NCBI GenBank assembly: GCA_964524035.1
Contig: CAZGBP010000006.1
Coordinates: forward strand, 1,773-65,772
Length of the DNA stretch: 64,000 bases
From: an uncultured Bifidobacteriaceae bacterium
GTDB taxonomy: Bacteria; Bacteroidota; Bacteroidia; Chitinophagales; UBA10324
Direction: 5' to 3'
Under the pieces are notes generated by a model, which worked only from the letters and a program-made list of their open reading frames with translations, ran no database searches and was not told where the DNA came from. Position numbers and translations under genes: made by a program. Below, piece by piece: positions 56,824 to 64,000 of this stretch; the stretch's first letter is position 1, and every line of letters begins with the position of its first letter.

Positions 56824-58572
56824 CTACCTTAGCCGGATCGCTTCACTCTGTGCAGAAACCCCAACCTCATCAAATGCTTCTATCGCGAAGTAATAATCCT
56901 GTCCAATAGTTAAAGCCCGCAATTCAAGATCCGTTCCTTCATCTGCAAATACCTGGTAGGTCTGATATAACTTATCCTTTGCAATACCCCACAATACATT
57001 GTAACCTACCACACCGGGTACTTCCTGCCATTTGATATAAGCATTCCGATGGTCCGTATCCCTGGTTGCAGTCAACTTTTCAGGAACGGCGGGTACTTTA
57101 CCGGAACCATTTCCAAATACCCTGATGTCGCTGATCGCCAGGTTTGCCGCTGCAACATAAACATGTTCGTACTTAATATACCGGGCCTTTACCGCATTTG
57201 GCAATTCGATATATGCATTGGGCCGGTCGCGCTTTTCTCCTGTTAAATCAGCTATTTTATTCCAATGAGTTCCGTCTAAAGATGCATACATGCTGAATTG
57301 CGTGTAAACAGTCGAATCGCTTGCAAAAATTCCGGACCGGTAATCGGTAAAATTTACCTGCAATGCTTTTACATCACAGGCTTTTAGTAAATCCAGGGTT
57401 AACCACGTTCCTTCCTTATTTGCTTCTGCAACCCAATAAGTACGCGGGTTTTCATCGGTAATCTTTTCTGCAGAGAAGGTATCCTTTACGGTGGAGGCCG
57501 TGCAGGGCTTACGATACGACAGCAGCATCCAGCCTGTAAACAGATCATTGCTGTTATTCCATTTCCTATCGGGAAGCAACTGCGGGAAATCACCGAACCG
57601 TGTATTGGAATACAGTTGATCATCTTCATCAAAGCCTGCCGGGAACATGGAGATGCGGCGTTCAAAATTCCAGTTTACGGCAACCCAGGGTGTTCCGGTA
57701 TTCCAGTAATTTCCATACACATCCTGAAAAGTATTGCCATGGCCTGCACCCGTCATAAACCCACCGGGCTTATACGACACCGGATTGTAGGGCGCATACG
57801 TGAATGGGCCAAGAGGATCATCAGCAACATAGGTGCCGTTAGCATACACATTATACTCAGTGCCTGGTGCACCATACTGCAAATAGTACCTGTTCTTGTA
57901 TTTCGTCATCCAGGCGCCTTCAATAAATGGCCGTATCGTATCTCTGTGATTACGGCCAAACCTTTCCCATCCATGCTGATCAGGATGCAGGGATATCAGT
58001 CCTTTGTAAGTGGATTTGTAGGTAAGTTGTCTTTCCTTATCCAGCTCGGCGCCATAAATGGGATATACATTGGAAGAACCCCAGTACATATACCATTTAC
58101 CTGTTGCTGCATCATGGAAAATATCAGGATCCCATGGACCTACTTCCTTAGGCAATTGCGGTAACAACCGGTTATAGAAATACAATTTTCCATTTTCAGG
58201 TGTGGTAGTAAAAAATATCGGCCGCTGTCCGAAGGTGGATTGAAACAGGTATAAGGTGTCGCGCACAGACAGTGCCGCCGGAGCACAAATATCTTCCATC
58301 GGCCACTTTGTGGGAGTGATGTAATTCCAGTGCAGCAAATCCTTCGAATGCCAGTAACCACCGGAGATCGTCACAAACAAATAATACTCCCCACTGTGAT
58401 TTACTATTACCGGGTCTGCACCAGAGCGGTAAGATATGTTTTCGTTGAGCTGCTCGAAATTGTATTGATAGTTTATGTCAACCGGATTGCAATACGTGGT
58501 AATGCCTGAAGATTGGGCTATGGATTGAAAACTTATCAGGAGTAAAAAGAAGCTGAGGAAGCAATGCATCAT
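56824..58572 (-). CDS. glycoside hydrolase family 43-like protein with a discoidin (F5/8 type C) domain and an FN3-like C-terminal module
   Basis: Signal peptide MMHCFLSFFLLLISFQSIAQ. YRSGADPVIVNHSGEYYLFVT...WHSKDLLHWNY is a five-bladed-propeller GH43-type pattern. ITDENPRTYWVAE...LQVNF is discoidin-like. The GH family call is from memory only. Confidence 0.7.
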   Translation of the reverse strand: MMHCFLSFFLLLISFQSIAQSSGITTYCNPVDINYQYNFEQLNENISYRSGADPVIVNHSGEYYLFVTISGGYWHSKDLLHWNYITPTKWPMEDICAPAALSVRDTLYLFQSTFGQRPIFFTTTPENGKLYFYNRLLPQLPKEVGPWDPDIFHDAATGKWYMYWGSSNVYPIYGAELDKERQLTYKSTYKGLISLHPDQHGWERFGRNHRDTIRPFIEGAWMTKYKNRYYLQYGAPGTEYNVYANGTYVADDPLGPFTYAPYNPVSYKPGGFMTGAGHGNTFQDVYGNYWNTGTPWVAVNWNFERRISMFPAGFDEDDQLYSNTRFGDFPQLLPDRKWNNSNDLFTGWMLLSYRKPCTASTVKDTFSAEKITDENPRTYWVAEANKEGTWLTLDLLKACDVKALQVNFTDYRSGIFASDSTVYTQFSMYASLDGTHWNKIADLTGEKRDRPNAYIELPNAVKARYIKYEHVYVAAANLAISDIRVFGNGSGKVPAVPEKLTATRDTDHRNAYIKWQEVPGVVGYNVLWGIAKDKLYQTYQVFADEGTDLELRALTIGQDYYFAIEAFDEVGVSAQSEAIRLR

Positions 58573-58856
58573 GTACTGTTTAACGTTTAAACACCCGAAC
58601 AAAGTTGACCTTTTTGGCCGTTACTTCCTACGGTGATTTACGTGGAAACCGATGCCATCGAAAACGATGCTAAATCAAGTCCGGGAAAACCCGCAATAGG
58701 TTGATGAAACAGAGGGCAGCCAATTCAGGTAATACCGGCAGAAAAGAAGGGTAACATTTCATTTCAATTTCACCACTTTTATTTGTGTCTTTGAGTCTTG
58801 CTTTCAGTTTTGCTTTGCATTAAAGAACTACAACTATCCATATTATAAAAACGGAG

Positions 58857-60329
58857 ATGCTGATGATTATCCTGAAAAAGTGCCTGTTGTTAGTTACCTT
58901 ATGCTGGCATACCATATCCTTTGCCGCAACCGCTTATACTGTTGAATCGCTTCCCAATCCCAAATCTTCACCCGGTTTTAATTATGTCAGCAATCCTGAT
59001 AGCGTACTCGCAGTATCTACAGTAACGGAACTTGATTCATTACTCAAAGAACTGGAACTGACTACTACCTGCCAGGTGGCAGTTGTGGTGATCAATTCGA
59101 TCGGCGAAACAATCCCTAAAACCTTTGCAACCAAACTCTTTAACCATTGGGGTATCGGCGATCGCGAAAAAGATAATGGCTTGCTGATACTGATGGTGAT
59201 GGATCAAAGGTCTATTGAATTTGAAACCGGCAAAGGGATGGAAGGAATTCTGCCGGATGTAAGATGTAAGTATATCCAGGAAACCTTTATGGTTCCTTAT
59301 GCCAAAGCCGGAAATTATGATGCCTGCATAGTAGGCGGTGTAAAATCTGTAATCATGTTCATCTCGGATCCGGAAAACGCACCGGAAGTTATGGCTGAAA
59401 ATTCTTCTGCTTTTAGCCGGCCGGCCTCACCCTTTGCGCAACCTGTATCAACAACTGTAATGGGTATTTTGGGAGCGGCTCTCCTGGTATTTACACTTCT
59501 TTTCCGGCCACGAAAGAAAAAATCCACCCAGCCTGAGTATGTAATCAAGAATCGGAATGATGCCCACTGGATTGCAAAAACGCTGCTGATAAATATTGCA
59601 ATCCCTGCTGCCTGGATCTGGTCTCAACTCACCTACGATCCACCCGTGACTGTTGTTGAGCTGCTGATTGCCATGTATATTTTTATCATCATCCTGCTGC
59701 TTGAAAGACGGCTGAGACTAAACCATTACATCGATTCCTTTTTTGGAACGGATCGTCATGCAAAGCACGTAGCTTACTCCAGGTCACATCAATTCTGGAA
59801 GGTGACTTACTTTATCTTTCCTTTTCCTTTCCTGCTGTACAAGTTGTTTAAAGATCAGAAACTGAACCTGCTTCGTAATGCCCCATATGCCTGTAACAGA
59901 TGTAACAACATGATTCAGAAACTCGATGAAAATTCTGACGACCAGTACCTCTCGAAAAGCCAACTCGTGGAAGAGCAACTGCATTCCGTAGATTATGATG
60001 TATGGCATTGTTACCATTGCAGCAACCAGTTTCAGTTCAGCTACATAAACTATTCATCAAAGTATACCGAATGCAAACACTGCAAAGCCAGAACCAGCTA
60101 TATTAAAGGACGGAACACAATCATCTCCCCTACCTATACATCTGCAGGTACCGGAGAAAAAGTAACAGACTGCCTGCATTGCCACGTACAAGACCATGAG
60201 ACCTATACCATTCCCATGCTGCAGCGCAGCAGCAGTTCCGGCGGAAGTTCCGGTTCTTCCGGCAGTAGTGGCGGTTCATCATGGGGCGGTGGAAGTTCGG
60301 GTGGCGGTGGCGCCGGTTCCAAATGGTGA
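58857..60329 (+). CDS. TPM-domain (YgcG-like) membrane protein with a four-CxxC zinc-ribbon-like region and a Gly/Ser tail
   Basis: The TPM part is LLKELELTTTCQVAVVVINSIG...GIGDREKDNGLLILMVMDQRSIEFETGKGMEG, followed by TM segments. CxxC pairs are CNRCN, CYHCS, CKHCK and CLHCH. The tail is SSSSGGSSGSSGSSGGSSWGGGSSGGGGAGSKW. Confidence 0.75.
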   Translation: MLMIILKKCLLLVTLCWHTISFAATAYTVESLPNPKSSPGFNYVSNPDSVLAVSTVTELDSLLKELELTTTCQVAVVVINSIGETIPKTFATKLFNHWGIGDREKDNGLLILMVMDQRSIEFETGKGMEGILPDVRCKYIQETFMVPYAKAGNYDACIVGGVKSVIMFISDPENAPEVMAENSSAFSRPASPFAQPVSTTVMGILGAALLVFTLLFRPRKKKSTQPEYVIKNRNDAHWIAKTLLINIAIPAAWIWSQLTYDPPVTVVELLIAMYIFIIILLLERRLRLNHYIDSFFGTDRHAKHVAYSRSHQFWKVTYFIFPFPFLLYKLFKDQKLNLLRNAPYACNRCNNMIQKLDENSDDQYLSKSQLVEEQLHSVDYDVWHCYHCSNQFQFSYINYSSKYTECKHCKARTSYIKGRNTIISPTYTSAGTGEKVTDCLHCHVQDHETYTIPMLQRSSSSGGSSGSSGSSGGSSWGGGSSGGGGAGSKW

Positions 60330-60858
60330 GTTGCTGATTTTCTTTAATAAAAGATACCTGGTTAACAAAAACATATTCCACGGAACGCGTGAAAGTTCCG
60401 CTTCTTCCGCTCTGAATGCAAGACACCGGAGTTCATCCGGAACGCATGAAAATAAGCCTGTTGAACACCATTCCTGTTAGCACCATTTCCATGTACGTTG
60501 AAGCCAAAAGGAAATCATCTGTAATTTTATTTACATTGCACAAGACAGGTTGCACCATTGCAGTAATGATGGCAATCAACGGTTAGCGGAAGTTGAGCAG
60601 GGCAGCAGATGGTATTTGAGTCATTTTTTTATGGGTAATACCGGTCGGTTCATTATCAGTGGCTTCTTTTGAAAGCGTTGAATTGTTTGCAACATAGCTT
60701 TTGCTGCGCCTGCACCCAGGGTATGCTTTTGCTTCTAATAAATCATAGTAAGAGTGGAGCCCCGGATGAAAACAGTAGGCTCATAATAAATTAACCATTC
60801 CAAACCGTTTCGTAATTACTTAACTCCGTTTCATCAAATAAAATAAATTTATCAACCA

Positions 60859-62355
60859 ATGGCATTCTCAGCACCTGCAAAATCAACAGGCGGTACAGCA
60901 AATACCGGCGACACAAACTACCAACCCGCCCTGGTGGTGCTTACTTCACTTTTCTTTATGTGGGGTTTTATAACCTGTCTGAATGATATCCTGATACCAC
61001 ACCTGAAGACCATCTTCGATCTTACGTATACCCAGGTTATGTTTGTACAGTTTACCTTTTTTACTGCCTATGCCATCGTATCATTGCCATCCGGTATACT
61101 GGTAGAGAAGATTGGTTATAAAATGGGAATCATTGCCGGCCTGCTGACTGCGGCAACGGGGACGGCATTATTCTATCCTGCAGCCGGATACCGTTCCTAT
61201 GAAATCTTTCTCTTAGCACTATTTGTGCTGGCTTCCGGCATCACGCTGTTGCAGGTAGCGGCAAACCCCTACGTAGCCATCCTCGGTAAACCGGAAACAG
61301 CATCCAGCAGGCTCAGTCTCTCGCAGGCATTTAACTCACTTGGAACTACCGTTGCTCCCATTATTGGTTCGATTCTGATACTTTCCGTAGCAGTTAAAGG
61401 TGCTGATGAACTGGCAAAACTTTCATTGGCTGATCAGGAAGCTTACAAGCTGACTGAAGCAACCGCTGTGCAAACTCCTTATTTAATATTGACAGGCATG
61501 CTGGTCCTGATAGCCATCATCATTGCACTCTTTAAGTTACCCAGGATTGAAACGGCATCACCGTCGCCGGGTTTACCCGCAGAAGGAAATTATGAGCATC
61601 AGCAAAAAAGCGCATGGGGTTACCGTCATCTGGTATTAGGGGCCATCGCCATTTTTGTATATGTAGGCGGAGAGGTTGCCATCGGCAGTTTCCTGGTAAA
61701 TTATTTCAAGGAGCTTTTGAATATGCAGGAAGCGGAAGCGGGAACCTACGTGGCTTTGTATTGGGGCGGTGCGATGATCGGGAGATTCTTCGGTTCGATC
61801 ACGCTCTCCGGAATGACCGATAGCAAAAAGAAAAACAGGTATACCGTATTGGTATTTGTGCTGGCTTTTGCCCTTGCCCTGTATATAACAAAAGAGTATC
61901 AAAGCTTTGCCTCCTTTTCATTTGCCGGATTCAGCAAGACAATCACCTTCCTTGTCTTAGTAGCTTTGAATTTCTTCGCATTTAATTTAGGAAAACAAAA
62001 GCCCGGAAGAACACTTGCTATTCTGGCTTTCTGTGCTGCCACCTTAGTCGTTATTTCCATGCTCACAAACGGGCAGTTGGCCATGTGGAGTATCTTAAGT
62101 GTCGGACTATTCAACTCCATCATGTTTCCAACCATTTTTACGCTGGCTATAGATGGACTTGGCAAGCATACAGGACAAGCTTCGGGAATTCTATGCACAG
62201 CCATTGTGGGTGGAGCAATCATTCCGGTTATTCAGGGCGTGTTTGCAGATAACATAGGTATACACCATGCTTTCATATTACCGGTACTGTGTTATCTGTA
62301 CATCGCCTTCTACGGAATCAAAGGACACATTCCGGCAATGAACAAGGCTACCTGA
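60859..62355 (+). CDS. sugar MFS transporter (FucP / glucose-galactose transporter family)
   Basis: The N-terminal region [23 protein letters not shown] is typical of the FucP/GluP subfamily. 12 TM-like segments. Confidence 0.85.
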   Translation: MAFSAPAKSTGGTANTGDTNYQPALVVLTSLFFMWGFITCLNDILIPHLKTIFDLTYTQVMFVQFTFFTAYAIVSLPSGILVEKIGYKMGIIAGLLTAATGTALFYPAAGYRSYEIFLLALFVLASGITLLQVAANPYVAILGKPETASSRLSLSQAFNSLGTTVAPIIGSILILSVAVKGADELAKLSLADQEAYKLTEATAVQTPYLILTGMLVLIAIIIALFKLPRIETASPSPGLPAEGNYEHQQKSAWGYRHLVLGAIAIFVYVGGEVAIGSFLVNYFKELLNMQEAEAGTYVALYWGGAMIGRFFGSITLSGMTDSKKKNRYTVLVFVLAFALALYITKEYQSFASFSFAGFSKTITFLVLVALNFFAFNLGKQKPGRTLAILAFCAATLVVISMLTNGQLAMWSILSVGLFNSIMFPTIFTLAIDGLGKHTGQASGILCTAIVGGAIIPVIQGVFADNIGIHHAFILPVLCYLYIAFYGIKGHIPAMNKAT

Positions 62356-62386
62356 TCAGTTGCATCAACATGTATTTAATTATATA

Positions 62387-62825
62387 GTAACCACAGAACA
62401 CTCCGAGAAAAATACACATAGATCTTGTCTGATGCGACTCCCCCTCTGTGCCCTCTGTGGTTTCAAAAAAGGTAACCATAGCGAGCATCAATAAATATAC
62501 TTATAGATATTGTCTGATGTTATTCCGCCTTTGTGTTCTCTGTGGTTTCAAAAATGATAAACACAAAGAACAGAAAAAAAATACGCATAGCTCTTGTCTG
62601 ATGCAACTCCGACTTTGTGTTCTCCGTGGTTTCAAATATGGCAAACACAGCGAGCATCAATTAATATACCTATAGATATTGTCTGATGTTATTCCGCCTT
62701 TGTGTTCTCCGTGGTTTCAAAAATGGTAACCACAAAGAACAGAAAAAAATACGCATAGCTCTAGTTTGTTGCAACTCCGCCTTTGTATTCTCAGTGGTTT
62801 CAATAATGGTAACCACCGTGCACGC
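62387..62825. repeat. tandem array of five ~85-bp units (two alternating subtypes, effective period ~170 bp) plus a truncated sixth
   Basis: Units read directly at 62387-62471, 62472-62555, 62556-62640, 62641-62725 and 62726-62808. The shared block is TTGTCTGATG..CTTTGTGTTCTCYGTGGTTTCAAAAATGGTAACCACA. Junctions form inverted repeats. Confidence 0.9.
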
Positions 62826-62966
62826 AAAGTTAGCAAAGCACTAAGCTAGTTCACAACCCTGTACCATGTATATGGGATTGACCTGCGCCCTTCTGAGCGC
62901 TATCATTGCATTTTTTCTACCCCTCATAATTCAAACAATCAAACAATGAAACAAAACAACAACTGC

Positions 62967-64000
62967 ATGAAAATGAAACTCAATACGCTGATCGTTACAA
63001 TGCTTTTTACTGTCTTACTTTCTATCCCTGCTGCAAAGCTAATGGCACAAAATGCAAACACGGCCCTTTCCAATCTAGTCTCGCCAACAGCAGTAAATAA
63101 ATCACTGCTACCCAATTCCGACAATACGTTGGATTTCGGTTCTTCCACCAAAGCATGGAAACATATATACCTCGACGGATCAATCTATATGGACGGAATA
63201 CGATTTCTATCCAATGGTGACAATACCAATAACGCATTCGTAGGTTACAATGCAGGGAAGTATACAACAAGTAGTGGAAACTCCTTTATGGGCGCCTACT
63301 CAGGATATTTAAATACAAGCGGTCATGACAATACCGGTATCGGATATTTTTCTCTTTACAACAATGCAATCACCTATCAGAATACTGCTGTTGGATCGCT
63401 ATCCTTATTTACACTATATGGCGGATACTACAATACCGCCATCGGATTCAGTGCCCTGTTTAATAATGCCACCGGTTTTTACAATACTGCCGTAGGTGCA
63501 CAAGCCTTAGAACTAACGGAATCATCAGGCAATACAGCCATCGGTGAACGTGCCGGAGCCATTTATGAAAACGGATGGGGCTGCACTTTTGTCGGACAAC
63601 AAAACTGGGCAAATGCCAATGGCTATGCTTATTCCATGAGCCTTGGATACAATGCCCGCATCACAGCAAGCTACCAGACAAGAATTGGAGATGCAACCAC
63701 TACTTCCATTGGCGGCTATGCCAGCTGGACAAAAATTTCAGACAGTCGTGTAAAAAAAGATATTAAAGAAGATGTGCCCGGATTATCATTCATCAACAAG
63801 TTGAAACCGGTTACTTATCATCTCGATATGAATCAAATTGATGCCTTCATGAATCCTGATAAAGACAAATATCCCGTAAGAGAAACAGCCAAAGAAGAAG
63901 CACTGGCAAAACAATCCGGATATGATGCTAAAGGCAGCATACTGGAAACAGGTTTTCTTGCGCAGGACGTAGAAAATGCCGCCAAAGAACTCGGCTACGA
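62967..64000 (+). CDS. secreted tail-fibre-domain protein with YadA-head-like repeats and an S74 intramolecular-chaperone domain; 3' end lies outside the window
   Basis: Missing from the ORF track because there is no stop in the window. My translation gives the signal MKMKLNTLIVTMLFTVLLSIPAAKLMAQ and repeats of NTAIG/NTAVG/NTGIG type. It then reads SDSRVKKDIKEDVPGLSFINKLKPVTYHL...ETGFLAQDVE, the S74 chaperone-of-endosialidase pattern. An upstream in-frame ATG at 62946 is an alternative start. Confidence 0.75.
   Translation, partial: MKMKLNTLIVTMLFTVLLSIPAAKLMAQNANTALSNLVSPTAVNKSLLPNSDNTLDFGSSTKAWKHIYLDGSIYMDGIRFLSNGDNTNNAFVGYNAGKYTTSSGNSFMGAYSGYLNTSGHDNTGIGYFSLYNNAITYQNTAVGSLSLFTLYGGYYNTAIGFSALFNNATGFYNTAVGAQALELTESSGNTAIGERAGAIYENGWGCTFVGQQNWANANGYAYSMSLGYNARITASYQTRIGDATTTSIGGYASWTKISDSRVKKDIKEDVPGLSFINKLKPVTYHLDMNQIDAFMNPDKDKYPVRETAKEEALAKQSGYDAKGSILETGFLAQDVENAAKELGY

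Noticed and set aside
62448-62675. 75-aa ORF with an internally repeated peptide (CLMLFRLCVLCGFKN / CLMQLRLCVLRGFKY)
   Set aside because: It is simply the tandem DNA repeat read in one frame. It starts at a non-ATG codon, has no promoter logic, and ends arbitrarily inside the array.
62387-62825. Possible CRISPR array, given regularly spaced repeats of about 55 bp separated by about 30 bp
   Set aside because: The spacer-like parts exist in only two versions that alternate and are near-identical between units. No cas genes are in the window. The repeat length and junction hairpins do not fit CRISPR organisation. I treat it as a higher-order tandem repeat instead.
1-64000. Search for tRNA, rRNA, tmRNA, transposase or integrase genes
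   Set aside because: No T-arm-like GGTTCGAATCC-type sequences or cloverleaf candidates were seen in the intergenic regions. No rRNA-like stretches and no DDE or tyrosine-recombinase-like ORFs were seen. This is a negative result by eye only.

Overview
This is a 64-kb chromosomal segment from a Bacteroidota genome. Support for that call: four proteins end in T9SS sorting domains, there are three TonB-dependent receptors, and many genes are preceded by the Bacteroidetes -7 promoter box TAnnTTTG with no Shine-Dalgarno sequence. Most of the window is housekeeping: clpS, uppP-truB, ribF, rnhA, fbp, aspartate kinase, smc, glnS, aspA plus a Dcu transporter, a DEAD-box helicase, and a cobalamin riboswitch in front of a BtuB-like receptor. 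I found no rRNA, tRNA, CRISPR array, transposase or integrase. Many longest ORFs in the supplied track carry false N-terminal extensions, so I moved those starts to the ATG next to a signal peptide or just downstream of a -7 box.

The most unusual content is non-coding:
- A tandem array of five ~85-bp units with two alternating subtypes and hairpins at the unit junctions (62387-62825). It sits upstream of a secreted tail-fibre/S74-like gene.
- A dispersed ~170-210-bp element with imperfect inverted termini and an internal 8-bp ATTTAACC microsatellite of variable length (32824-32990 and 51783-51994). Related low-complexity patches occur at 34895-34944 and 38624-38662.

The accessory-looking, AT-richer coding content is:
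- A signal-less amidase plus PG-binding muramidase pair next to a PIN toxin-antitoxin pair (27.3-29.9 kb).
- An orphan GIY-YIG/DUF4357 gene (54.2-55.1 kb).

All functional calls come from motifs read in the translations. No database search was possible.
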